A stretch of 64,000 bases of DNA from Callorhinchus milii (Eukaryota): positions 42,348,001 through 42,412,000 of the forward strand of contig NW_024704743.1 of assembly GCF_018977255.1 (NCBI RefSeq), in the 5' to 3' direction. Shown one piece after another: positions 25,036 to 37,899 of the stretch. A model generated the notes under the pieces. It was not told the DNA's origin. It worked only from the letters and a program-made list of their open reading frames with translations, and searched no databases. Numbering within the stretch: the first letter of the stretch is position 1; each line of letters starts with the position of its first letter. The translations under genes and the position numbers were made by a program.

Positions 25036-26456
25036 TGACAATGTGAAAAGGCGTTAAATGCAAGAATGATGATGATGATTATTAGTATTAGTAAGCTGAA
25101 TCTGTTTTTTAAGTGTTGCATTTTCAACCCCAATGTGAAATACCTGCAGGGGAAAAAGGATTGATTGACTTTGAGCCTCTCAGTAAATGCCCAGGTCGAA
25201 TGGGGAAACTGAATATTTATTTTTCAAAGCTAGCACTTTTGCAAAAAGCACAGGATTAAAGTCTGGCTACATTAGGGAAACAACACCAATAGTCAGGTGA
25301 TGAAGGAGATATTTCAAAAGTAGAATGGTGTGCGTTGTTTCTGTTTGCCCTTTTTACCACTGGTTTATTGAATGTCAGGAGGGAGCAGTATTTACACAAA
25401 CCTGCTTTTTGATAATCTTAGTCTGCTTCTACTAACTATATGAGCACTGGCAGGAGCTTGGGTCAACACGTTAGATACTAAATAACACAACTGTAAAATC
25501 TGGTAGGAAGCATACTGCCCGCAGGGAAATCAGAGAGAAAACATTTACTGTGTGAAGTATGGCTGCTTTAGCCTCAAGTTATATCCCATATAATGAAGAT
25601 TGAAAGGGGCAATATCCTTGTTGAAGGACAGTTGAACATGGGTTTAAAAAAATTATAAATGTAAGCCTTTCCCTTTTGCACAGCTTTCCCACTGCTCCTA
25701 TGTGGCATTCTTAATAAAGTGCATTTATTCAGTGGGAGGGAAGAATAATATCTCAGTCTGCTCATTGACATGATACTTCAGTCCAAGTAAATTAAAAATT
25801 AAAATTCACAACAGGGATCCCATTCATATAGCACATTGATGTACTAATGAGCTGAGCCACAGACTGACAGGATTGGGGGGGAGGAGGGTCATACTGACAT
25901 CCTCACCTGTCACGTTTTTGATATGAGCTCAACCAGCAGGGAAGCAGATTAGTGAGAGCTTGGCAATGGAAAAAGGCAACATTGGTGGGAATATATGTCC
26001 ATTGCCAGGTACAGAGTGGAACTGGCAAAGGTCTGGGTTGATGTAGCTATGCACCTGCTTTTGGTGCATAGATGTCTAAAGAGACTATATAAATACAACT
26101 TTTAAGCTTGTTATTTAGAATTGCCGGCAATATGAAATGAAGACATCAAAAGGAATGCATGTCTTCTTATTCTCATGGGCTCTTCAGCATGAGCTTTTCA
26201 TTGACACAGCCTTGATCCTACACCCAAGGATGCCGATACATCCAGTCTTCCAGTTCTTAAGCATGGAAAGGATATTAACCATCTCCCCACGGTTTAACTA
26301 CACAACAGAAGACTGAAAGCACCAGACAGTGAAAGAGGAGCCAAGAAACTATTGGGGTGAAGAAAGGAAATGAAAATCCAGGAAGGAAGGGCTGAGGTGA
26401 AGGTTAATTGTCCATCAGTTGGGCCCAGTACAGCCTGATGTACACAGGGTCCATCA

Positions 26457-26837
26457 ATAATAATAATAATAATAATCCTTCCATTTGATATAGCGCCTAA
26501 TCACGTCTTTGAGACGTTTCAAAGCGCTTCACAGAATATACTGTAAAGTGAATTGACTGTATATTTTGTGTGCAAAACGCGGCCGAAAAATTGCACACAG
26601 AGGTATCCCACAAACAGTCGCGGATTGAAGTGACCAATTTATTATTTATTTTTGAAGGAATTATTACCCCAGGAAAAATGATCCGCCAATCGACTAACAA
26701 CCAGGTTCCTATTTACTGCTAGATAAACAGAAGCATGTGGAGTAAGGAAACTTGCCCAACATTTCGTCCTGCCGGGAATCGAACCCAGGATTCTCGCTTG
26801 CGAGGCGAGTGCTCTAACCACTGAGCTACAGGACTTC
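26457..26837 (-). mobile_element. SINE family A, full length, best-preserved copy (tRNA-Ala-like head)
   Basis: Intact A and B boxes, cloverleaf at 26765-26835, Deu-like 3' core, L2-like tail, (ATT)n; CpGs retained. Confidence 0.96.
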
Positions 26838-27884
26838 AGTAACAACCCAGCACAACCAGCATACACATGCTCTAGCACATCCATAGTAAGATTACAACAG
26901 TCCTGTATAGCTGATATAAGCAGGACAGAGCACATCTGTAAGCAGAGTAAGGGAGCACAGGTTCAATATTGTTAATGGAATTTCAGGGCAAGCACCAGAA
27001 TGTACTTGTTATATTCAGTTGGAACAGTTCGCCAGGAAGGGCAGTTGAGGATAACAAAATGGATTCACTTAAGGTGCAGCTCGATGATGTGATGGGAGGA
27101 TGTTATGGTGGATATTTTGGAAGAATGAGTTCAAATGGGATTCATCTTGTGATCTTATAGGGGTGAAATATGAGGAGTTTTGTTTTGATGTGATCACATC
27201 AACAGGAAGACAGGTAACATATCTCTCTCCAGCACAGACTGACTAGTCAATATTTGAATTGCTCATTTGACATCCGACAAGCATGGGTTTGAGCCCTAAC
27301 CAGGTGGATGATAGGCACCAGAAACTCCTTGCGTGCTTCTGGTGGGCAACACCGTTCAGCATGAAATGCATTAGAGCATTGCCACCATTTTCCTGTCCGT
27401 AACTCAGGCACGCGTCCCTCCCATTGACAAATGGTTCCAACAGTTGGAGATGCAGATTTTAAGCAGCAGCTACTTACACTTCTGTAGGCCAATCAAAGTG
27501 GATTCCAGGCACTGGATGTACGAAAATCTGTTAATGAACTCAGACTCCAGGTAACACCTTTCAGTTGTCACCCCGCGCCTCAGAGTTTGCTCATCAGTTA
27601 TCTGCTGGACATCTGCCTTCAGTGTAGTGGAAGGATCCTTTCAGGACAACTTGTGACATGCCAGCCACCTTGATGTTCAATGTCCATATTCAATGTTGTG
27701 TACCAGGCTTATTCAGCACCAGCTGCTCATTCCAGGTCCTCTGACAAATAAATGTGACTGCTGGGAAGTCGACTCTGCCTCCAGGGGGCTTAGTGGCAGG
27801 TCAGTGTAGACCGGAGCCCTCCATTCCTGCAACCGCTTCCTGTATTTGCCATTATCCACCTCACTGCTTGAGGTCATTGATGCA

Positions 27885-28000
27885 AATAACTGTAAAGAAA
27901 CTCCGGGCATTAAATGTCGACTTGGCACCGGCACCAGATGGAATACACCAAGGAATTGTTAGGAAGCGAAAGAAGTAACAGGTGGCTCAGTTACACACTG
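27885..28000 (+). mobile_element. Short CR1-like ORF2 fragment
   Basis: KKLRALNVDLAPAPDGIH resembles the LINE KxPGPDGIHP motif. Confidence 0.55.
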
Positions 28001-29132
28001 AGCAATGTACTTGCTAAATGACCTATTGAGGAGCTCAATGTTTTCTTATTTTTTAAAAGAAAATCTCCAGAGTGCATAGATAATCCCCATTTACCTGTTT
28101 CAGATGGTTTTAGTTCTGCATATAGTCAGAGCATCTGTTTGCAGATGTTTGATTTGCATAGCCTCCCTGCCTGATTTTACTTGTCAGCTGCTCCTTGCAG
28201 TAAGGCTACGCACTTCCTACCCAGTGTATTCATCGTTTGTTCGGAGAGGGGGGNAAGTTTTTCAAATATAAATGGGAATAAAAATGAAATTGCATTTATT
28301 CAGGGAAAAAATTCATTCGCACAAGCAAATGGTGTTTGCTTCCAGCACAGCAGGGCAACATCAGGCCTTGGAGCGATGCATGATGTGCAGGTAAAGCTCT
28401 GATGTGCAGAACACCACACGCACAGGCCGTGCATTGTTTGCATTTATTGATTTGGATAGCTCACTTCTGTCAGTCAATGCAACAGCCTGACCATTAGCTG
28501 GTCCTTGAAAGAGGTTTAGTTGGGCCCTGGAGACTTGACAGCCTCCCATGTATCCCACATTTGTTAATGTAGCTGAAGGCACCAGAGTATCTGTGTACGT
28601 AACTTGGGCATGGGGAGTGGCCTCACAAAGGGTTAAGCTGTTAGAACAACCATTTTCTCCAATGAGCTGAGCAAAACAGCATCTAAGTGCCTCCAATTCA
28701 TCTCTCTGGCCTAATGGTATTTGCCCCCAAGACGTGTTGCGATCTCAGTGTGTTCGGATTTGTACTTTATCAGCTGGCTGTGAGAAGCCAGGTTTGTTCC
28801 AGTGATTATTACTGCCGGCTGAACATGCTTGGAACCCTGTGGCCAATGGAGTGGAACATTCAACTCATGCTGTGAAAGTAGCTTAAGTGTATATTAACAA
28901 ATGCATCTTCCTCGAAATACCTTTTACCTAATTTGGACCCAATTTGCTCCATTAGAGATGTTGGCATTATGTTTTATTGTACAAGTGTGGTTTGGCCTTT
29001 GCTGTTTCTGTGAAAAAAAATTAGTTAGTGTCCCAGATCCAAAATGGAAAAACATTTTTGAATGAGTCATAGTCCATTATAAGAGAGGTAATTTTCTTAT
29101 GAAGGAGTTTGATATAAATTTACTTAGTATTA

Positions 29133-29310
29133 AAAATAATAATCCTTGCATTTCATACAGTGCCTTATCACGTCTTTGAGACATCTCAAAGCGCTTCACA
29201 GAATATACTGTAAAGTAAATTGACGGCATATTTTATGGGTGAAACACAGCAGCCAATTGTGCACAGCAGTGTCGTACAAACAGTCGTGGATTGAATGACC
29301 AAATCTTTTT
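29133..29310 (-). mobile_element. SINE family A, 3' half
   Basis: Matches family A. Confidence 0.9.
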
Positions 29311-30124
29311 TTTATAAGCATTCTTCCTTTTATAGAAGTATTTAATTTCTGCTAATTTGGTGCTTTTTATTTTGTCTTTCTCAGTGTTGATTTTTGACCA
29401 TGAACAAAGATGGGGAATATTGGATTGTTCATTCCCCGACCAGCTCTAGGGTATTCTGCGCTGGAGAAGCAGCTGATTCTTGTGCAAATGGAACTTATTT
29501 ACTTTTATTTGGTTAAAGGATGCAAACTCCATTTGTGCCAAATACATTGGGGTTGATACTTGTCTCACTGTCTCATTGAAATATAAATAGCATAAACTTT
29601 TAAACTAAAATGCTAATTATCTCCTGTCAATTTCATATCATCTTCATAAACTGGCATTCAACCAGTCGTAATAATACAGTGAGTTAATAAACCACCTCAA
29701 AATGACCCGGGATATGAATTATTTTACCAGTGATGGATTGCTTGCTTTTACTTTAGTCACAAAGCGTATGATGGTGCAACCTTGCGCCAGGTTGCTCTGA
29801 GGCAATACTGCTCCAATTTACTGAGCTATTGGAAATGTATGCTTGTTTCCAATAAAGTCTGCATATATATCAACTCTATGGCAAGAAATAATGTGGTTGA
29901 ATCATGACTGATATAATCTGGTAGTGGAAAAAACGTCAAATTGAAAAGCACCGTACCATAAAAATGCTAAACTAACAGGAACATTTGGTAATGCAATGCT
30001 AACAAATCAGCTTGCTGTTCTTTAAGAGAAGGAATCAAATGACCTGGGCCTTTGACTGATGGTCCAGAGAATCTTAGTAAAGCAGTGTACCAAACTCAGC
30101 ATAAAGGTGCAATATTGCATTAGA

Positions 30125-30245
30125 GCAACATTTTACCCACAAAATACACAGTTAATTCCCTTTACAGTAAATTATGTGAAGTTCTGTGAGGTGTCTCAAC
30201 AACGTGATAAGATGTTATATCAAATGCAAGGATTATTATTATTAA
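30125..30245 (+). mobile_element. SINE family A, 3' tail fragment
   Basis: CCCACAAAATACACAG...TATCAAATGCAAGGATTATT. Confidence 0.8.
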
Positions 30246-30884
30246 TTTTCCTTAGCCCATTTGGTGTGCTAGTTACTGCTAGAGTGAAGTATGAAATGTT
30301 TTTAATTTTTGGCAGTTGGCAATTATGTTGGCAATTACTTCATATAATCAGTTTCCCGATGGGCAGGATTTTAAATCCAAAAATAGATATTTAAATCGGG
30401 ATTCCCTCAGAATTTACCATGAGGAAATTCACCCCCTCCTTAAATTCTTTTGGGTTAGAGTTATATAAAGTCAGTTTCCTCTAGATTTTAAAACTTAGAT
30501 CTACCAAGATGTTGTGGGTCAGGGGAGGAGTGAACATAGGCCTCAAGAGCACTAGATACATGGATGAATGCAACACCAGTGACAAATAATGTCAACTTTT
30601 AATCAGAAGTTTCATACCACTGCAAAGTTCAGGGCTCCGCTGTCATTGTAGTACTGTGTACCACACTGTCTTTCTCTCTTTGCAATTGTCTCTTTTCCAC
30701 ATTCTATTTGACTGTCTCTCTGATTCTTTCTCTCCCACTATCTTTTTCTCTCTGTCTTACTTTGACTTTCTCTGATCATCTCTAACGTTCTGCCTTTCTT
30801 GCTCTATTTCTTTCTGACTCTGTACACTGTACACTGAAGGCTTTCCTTCATGCAATGAGGAAAAAATTCTGTTATGTGCAAAGC

Positions 30885-32150
30885 TGTGTTTAGAGTCATA
30901 GAAACTTGCAGTGCAAAAGGCCATTTGGTCCATCGAAATTGCACCATCCTTATACACACAAAGTTACGGGGACGCAAATTCCCCACGCTGTTTGACTAAA
31001 TCTCATGTACATGACTAGTTATTCCCCTTGTATTGTTTAACTGCCTGTGGTTTGATATCATCAGCACAATTCAAGACATGCTTTCTGCTGAGTCCTTTAT
31101 CAACAGCGTGAATATTAGTGTATAGAAAATGGCCCTTGACCAGGGGCGCACTGGGTTCATGGGAAATCAGGAAATTTCCTGAGCGCCCATATGAATGGCT
31201 CCTGATGCTTACCATCCCAGGCAGCCTAGTTCAGAAGTACCAAGTTTGTTTTTAAACACATGGATATTTTATGCTTTTTGTTGCTTCCCATGAATCAGTG
31301 CCTCCACAAATTGGTGATCCCATTTTACCTGACAATCCCGAGTCCTTTTGGGGAACCATTACACTACTGCCCTTTAGAAGTTCTTCCAGCCAGAGGCATT
31401 TCCACTTGTAATCAGCTCTTGCTTCTTGGAGTTTATCTTGATTTTAATCCGACTATTCGCCATCAACTCCAGTTGAGTTATAGTCTTCTTCAAAGTCTTT
31501 CTATGGAATTTTACCAAATGCTCCCTCTGAAAATTCAAATATTAATAATACGGGCATTTGGTATAGTGCCTTATCATGTGGTTGAGAGAGCTCAAAGTGT
31601 TTCACAGTATATATTGTAAAGTGAATTAACTGTTATTTTGTGGGTGAAAGGTACAGTAAACTAGATCAACTCTCACTCACTCACCCTCCAGTTTAGTGAC
31701 TTCCTCTAAGAATTCTAATAGACTTGTGAGACACAATCAAATCTTTTTTGCCTATTCCTGATGGGATCTGCAATCTTTAGATGATTATTGATATGATTCC
31801 TTATAATGTATTTAAGCATTTTCAGCAATGTCATTGTTAAACTGATGTCCCTTCTGATGTGCCCAGCCAACAAACGTTAATAGCATTGAGACATTCTCCC
31901 AATGTGAAAGGTATTATACAAATATAAATTTCAGGTTTGCGTCTCACTCCTTTTTTTAAATAATGCGATAACATCTGCTGTCTTCCAGTCCTCAGATAGA
32001 ACTGCGGTGTTTTTGTCACTCCTAAAAATATTAACCACAGCCTCAACTATGAACAATGAGGTTGCCTGAAACACCAATACACATCAAGACTGAAAGGGAG
32101 CTTGCAAAAAGTGTCAATTGAAATTCTCTGGCATTTCTACAAATTTCACA
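30885..32150 (-). mobile_element. Ancient fragmented CR1 LINE with SINE/L2 tail insertions
   Basis: Reverse strand gives EDWKTADVIALFKKG, CLTSLLEFLEEVT, YLNFQ..AF and CADDIK remnants in CR1 ORF2 order; 3' end near 30890; inserts at about 31540-31650 and 31880-31930. Confidence 0.75.
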
Positions 32151-32255
32151 TTTAGCATTTTTTGATAGAGACATTTTAAACACATTTTTTGTATTAGTTC
32201 TAGTTTATCTCGCTTGCAAATAGAAATATGAAAATATACTACAGATCTAGGAAGG

Positions 32256-32475
32256 AGATTTTGGAATGCAGTATAAAATTGATATTGTTGATTTTAGATT
32301 ACATTATGAAGCTGTTATAGATGATTTTGACTAGGTTCCTAGCTGTTTTGGGATGATGTTATATCACAGTACCGAGCTAGTAAAGAGAGGATTTTAGATT
32401 ACAGTGTACCGCTGATACAGAAAGGATTTTAGCTTACAGTACTGAGTTGGGGTAGGAAGGATTTTAGATTATATA
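32256..32475. repeat. Degenerate 32-35 bp minisatellite, about 7 units
   Basis: GATTTTAGATTACAGT-like core at 32256, 32289, 32322, 32354, 32389, 32424, 32459. Confidence 0.8.
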
Positions 32476-33113
32476 CACGTTTGACATGTATATAATCATG
32501 ATCAAATTGCCTTCTGACTTTCACAGTTTGGACTCGCACTCAAAAAAGGTTACTGTTTTTGGACAGCCAGGTATCTGACACATGCAGAAACCTACTGCGA
32601 TGCTTAAAAGTATCCAAACCAAACAGCAGAACGCCATCATAGATTGCATCTTTATAAGTCTGGTTCATGTTTAAGTCCAGAGCTTTGGACCTGCAGTTTG
32701 TTTGGATGGCAGACAGGTTGGTTTGGCAGTGCAGTCTGGCCAGCCGCTCATGTCCTGCCTAGTTTTCCATGAAGTACAATGCAGTCGATTGCTCATGTGC
32801 ACAGGAAGTGATGTTGGTGGCAATTTGATGACGCAGATGTTAACAATGTTTTAGCACAGGAAGCTGGTCGACTTTCTACATTAGAGAGCACTACACTGAC
32901 AGGTGGCCAAAGCTGCATTTAGCCCTGTTATAAGGTGGTTTGAAATTTTATACAGCATACTGACTGTAGCAACTATAGTATTAAAACTGGTCTCTACTGT
33001 CCTAAAAGTTTCAAATATGCATGAAAATGTTCCTTTGTCTGGTATTCATTAGCAAGATCCAAGGCTTCAGGTCTCAGTGTAAGCAGAACTAAAAACATAC
33101 TTTTAAACTATAA

Positions 33114-33535
33114 GGTGTCAGCCTGGTAGCATTCTCGCCTCTCGAGTCAGAGGTTTGTGATATCAAGCAGCACATCAGGACTTGGAGCCCATATAGTCCA
33201 GGCTGAACATTCGAATGCCATGCTGGGTGGTTGCTGCACTGTTGTCATCCTTCAGACGAGACATTAGACCGAGGCCTGTTTGCCTGTTCAGGTGGACTTT
33301 AAAGATCAGATGGCACTATTCGAAAACAGAAGGGAATTTCTCCTGATGTCCTAGCCAGCATTCCCCCAAATAAAATTGGTTATTCACTTTATGGTTGCTG
33401 GTTGGACATTGATGTGTGCAAATTGGCTGCTGTGTTTGCTCACAAAACACACTTTACTTGGATATCCTGTGAAGCTCTTTTCGATGTTCTTCTGATGTGA
33501 GGACTCTGTACCAAAAGTAAGGGTTATTATTATTA
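33114..33535 (+). mobile_element. Deu-domain SINE family B, full length
   Basis: Degenerate tRNA head, GAGACATTAGACCGAGGCC...CAGGTGGAC...GGCACTATTCGAA core, ATT tail. Confidence 0.85.
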
Positions 33536-33584
33536 AACTTTTAAGTAGCCCTAGAGATTAGAAGATTCCCCTCTTCTCCCACTC

Positions 33585-33651
33585 ACCCCCCCCCCCCCCC
33601 CCCCCCCTCACCACCACCCCCCCCCCCCCCCCCCCCCCCACACACACACAT
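33585..33651. repeat. Two poly-C runs plus (CA)n
   Basis: Directly visible. Confidence 0.9.
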
Positions 33652-33849
33652 AAGCACAGAGTGAAGGAGATATGTGGATCAGAAAAATATTTTTGGTTAA
33701 TAAACTACTTCAAAAAGGAATGGATAATTATTTGCTCAAGAGCAAGATTGGAAGCTATAGGAACAGACAGAGACAGAGACAAACACGGATAAAGTTGGCA
33801 GGCAAATTGGTCTGAGGAGTCATCACACTGGTATGTGGAGGAGAGCAGG

Positions 33850-34110
33850 TAATAATGTAGCCCTTCATCACATCGTCAAAATGTTTCAAAACATTTCTCA
33901 GGAATTACCTGAAGTATAGTGACTGTGTATATGTGGGCGAAACTGGCACCCAATATACACATAGCAATGCCCCTAAACAGTCATGAAGTGAATGATCAAT
34001 TTTATTTGGAGGATTATTGGCCAGGACATAGGGAGAAACATCCTTCTCTTGGGATCTTTAACATCCACATGAATGGGTAGACAGTAACATAGTTTAACAT
34101 CTCATCCAAA
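33850..34110 (-). mobile_element. Deu-SINE family B, truncated
   Basis: Matches family B. Confidence 0.75.
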
Positions 34111-35366
34111 GGATTGTTACCTAGGTACTTAAGTAGCAATAACATGAGAGAATATTTTTATGGGCTCAAGCATTAGGTTGTGGAGTAGCATTGGATTGGG
34201 ATTTCACAAGTATCTTAATTTTAGGGGCTCCCAGGCCAAAATATTCCAATACTGTACCATTCATCTTTAGAGGATTATGGTCAGATCATCAGCTTTCTTA
34301 ATCAGCGTGAAACCCAGTGTATTTGTTTAATGATACAGTAATTAACAAATAAAACAATATTTGCTTTTAGAGTAAATTACATGCTTTATTCTTCAAATAT
34401 TAAGCAAAATATAAATTTAAAATATTAATATGGTTTACATTTATCAGCCTGAAAGAAATGCCAGTTTGCTTTTTTTTAAATTAAAGAAGTACTGTTAATG
34501 TGCTTTATATTAAACATATTGTATGGGGAAAATGTTGTTTAGCACTTTATGGTTGCCAAGAAATGATTGTATTTATACCATGATCATGCGTCTGCTAGGA
34601 TGTCAAGTGCCTGTAAAAAGTGACTGATCTGCAACGTTCACACCTTAGCCCTCTTGATCATTTGCTCTGTAACTGAATCTAAATTGTATCAAAACAGTTA
34701 ACAATTATACTGATATTAACAGCAAGACAGAGTGCAGTGAGTTCACAGTAATTGGCTTAGATCCATTCTTTGCATTCACTTATTGTCTCGCTTCCCTCAA
34801 AACATATTCCGTTATATATATATCCATCTGTAACAGGCATATCTTTTCTCTGGCTCCCAATTCCCTCTTGACACGTACAACTCCTAGAGTGTTCATTCAA
34901 TATTCCACTGCACTAAGAAATGGGAAAGTATGCAATAAGAGAAGGTAAATCGATGCTTCGAACAAGTAATTTTCAATTTGTACTGCTGCAAAGTCTATTT
35001 CTACTCCAATCTGTTTAATCTGCTGAGGGAGATTATTAGCAACAGGTGAAAAACTTTCAAAAAGATAAAACTCTGAAAAAAAAACATATTTCTATCCTCC
35101 CAAAGGTAATCTTGCAAAACTCCAGTATACCATCAAACATTACAGTTGATGGTACTCAACCTAACAAATTGCAATCCACAGATGAACATTTCCAACAGCA
35201 CACACAAAAAAAAGATTTTCCATAGACTATTTTGATCTCAACCTTTTCTTACAATCCTCCATCCCAAAGTTGGCAATATGATATTCCTGCATCCAAAAAA
35301 TTGTGAGAATATGGACTCTGTTTGGATTTTAACAAGAAAATTAAAGGTAGTTTGTAAAATTTATAC

Positions 35367-35534
35367 CTCTGATTTTTCACAACTTTCTCTGATTATTCAC
35401 ATCTGCCTCTGATTTATTCACACACCGCCTCTCATTCAAATATACCACTGATTACTCACATCTGCTGCTGATTATTCACATATGCCACTTATTGGTCACA
35501 TCTGCCACAGATTATGTTCACATCTGCATCTGCC
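35367..35534. repeat. About 20-bp minisatellite, about 8 degenerate units
   Basis: Unit CTGATTATTCACATCTGCC(A/T). Confidence 0.85.
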
Positions 35535-36309
35535 GGAAGTGAAACTACTTCCCCCGTTGCAGTCATTCACACCAGATAGTTGCCTTTGTGCCACCCTTAG
35601 TGCCCAGACCAAATTCCATCCCACGGACATGATAATAGGATTAACGCGATTCTGAATCCATCTCAGTCCTCTACAAGAAAGGCATACTTGGATTGGATTC
35701 CCTGTTAGGATCAGGATTACAACATATTTGAATCAACAATTTAAATAATTTGGGTAAGAAATTCTTCATAATAAGAAGGAATTGAATCTGATTTGTGTAT
35801 TGAGATTCTATTCTAAGCCTGGTTCAGATATGAATTTATCTGGAGATGGTCGAATGTTGGATGCTTAGCTTTACTTTGACTTGTAACCTTATCGTAGAGT
35901 ATCATCCTTCCTGAATCAAACTATTTATAAGATAACAGAAGCCTCACAGTAGGTCCCAAAGCAGAAAATTCAATCTAGTTACATCATAACCTAGAGGGGA
36001 AATCTCGAACAGTATATGAAATTCAGGGCAGCTCCCCACATTGAATGATTCCCAGCTATCTGTTAATCTTTAGAACACACACTCTATGATTTTTCAATTT
36101 GTTTAATTCCTCCTTAAGAGCTAGGCATGTTGAAAACAGTTGAGGCAATATGATGTAGGTGATAGGTTAGTGAGAGTGATAGTGATGGAACAGGAAGTGT
36201 GCAGAACATAATCCTGCTTAAAGCAATTGCCGAATACTGAGCTTACATTTCAATGCACCATTCTCTTCAGCCAGCTCACTCCTTCCTTATATCAGGCTAC
36301 CCAAATCTA

Positions 36310-36530
36310 TAATAATAATAATCATTCTTACATTTAACACAAAGCCTTTCACATCGGAAAGACGTCACAAAAGGCTTCACGTGACATACTGAGAAGTGTA
36401 ATAACTGTATTTTTGAAGGCAAACATGGCAGCCAATTTGTGTCCAGCAATGCCCCACAAGCAACAATGAAGTTAATAACCAATTTTATTTGGGGAATTGT
36501 CAGACAGTACACCGTGAGAAACTCAACTTC
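36310..36530 (-). mobile_element. Deu-SINE 3' part
   Basis: GGCAGCCAATTTG core and TAA tail. Confidence 0.75.
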
Positions 36531-36734
36531 TAATCAGAAGGTAAGGACACCAACGTGAAGTTCCACAACAGATGGAATGTGATAAGTATCACATTTTAAT
36601 ATCATATTGTAAAATTTTCATTTTCACCCCCATTATTTGTATCTGCATCACTTTATAGCTTTATTATTGTATCAGGTAGCAAAGAAAAACTCTGTGATTC
36701 AACTGAGGAACTATCAGAGCATCTCCATGCATCA

Positions 36735-37270
36735 TATCCATTGAATGTCCAGAACTCTGCAGCCCGTGTCCTCTCCTGCACCAAACTCCGTGACCCCATT
36801 TCTCCATTCTTGCCCGACTCCATTGGCTCCCTATCCTTCAGAGGATCCAGTTCAAGATCCTGATCCTCACCTACAAAGCCCTCCATGGCCTCGCCCCACT
36901 CTACCTCTGTGACCTCCTATCCCCCTACCAACCCGCCCACTCCCTCGACTCAGCCTGCTCCGGCCTGCCCCACGTCCCCCAACCCACCCGCCCCATCATT
37001 GGCGGGAGAGCCTTCAGCCACTCTGTCCCCTACCTCTGGAATTCCATCCCCCAATCACTCCGCCTCGCCCCCCTCCTTAGCCTCCTTCAAGTCCCGCCTC
37101 AAAACCCTCCTCTTCAACCATGCCATTGGCCTCCCCCCTTCCCCTCCCCTCTCTTCTGCCCCCCTGACCCCAGCTCGGGTCTGAAATTCTGTACACTGTC
37201 CAGCGCCTTGGGATGTCCTCCCGACGTGAAAGGTGCTATACAAATGTAATCTTGTTGTTATTGTTGTTGA
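36735..37270 (+). mobile_element. L2 LINE, 5'-truncated
   Basis: VQNSAARVL, LHWLP, FKSRLKTLLF motifs; (TTG)n tail. Confidence 0.95.
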
Positions 37271-37450
37271 ATGGCACATGGCTTTGGCACTGCATGCAAG
37301 CTATTGACTATTGTTATGGGGAGCGAAGTGAGTTATTCGCAAACTCAAAGGCACAATCTCGGCCAGAGTTTCAATTTCAGGCCATTTCTCATCTGAAAAT
37401 AGGCCATAAAAATGTGCTGAAAGATTGGAAAGCTTTGGACCTCAATAGAG

Positions 37451-37630
37451 CAGGTAGCAAAGAAAAAGTCTGTGATTCAACTGAGGAACTATCAGAGCAT
37501 CTCAATGCATCATATCCATTGAATGTCCAGAACTCTACAGCCCATGTCCTCTCCTGCACCAAACTCCGTGACCCCATTTCCTCCATTCTTGCTCGACTCC
37601 ATTGGCTCCCTATCCTTCAGAGGATCCAGT
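37451..37630 (+). repeat. Direct duplicate of 36673-36851
   Basis: About 180 bp, a handful of differences. Confidence 0.95.
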
Positions 37631-37899
37631 AAATTCTCATTGCAAAATAGGTGTATTTCCTCAAAGTCACTTTTGGCCCAGGGAATCCCTGCTTGGCCTT
37701 CCCCATAGGAGAACATAATGATAATCCTTGAATTTTGATACAGCACCTTTCACATTGGGAGGACATCTCAAAGTGCTTCACAGAATTTACAGTAATATTT
37801 GATCACTGTATTTTGTGGGGAAATATGTTTATAGTAATAATTTCATCAATCGTGAATGAGTTATAAACATTGAGTGGATCCAAAGGGAATCTTCTTGTC

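Noticed and set aside
26765..26835. Functional tRNA-Ala(CGC) gene (also heads near 3796, 7487, 39140, 55686, 58718, 60778)
   Set aside because: Continues into a SINE body and tail, has no G3:U70 pair, and position 1-72 is mismatched
32256..32475. CRISPR-like repeat-spacer array
   Set aside because: Eukaryotic context, no cas genes, degenerate non-palindromic core, and the 'spacers' are related to each other: a minisatellite
33585..33640. Functional G4/i-motif element
   Set aside because: Homopolymer runs between two SINEs; lengths are error-prone and nothing supports function
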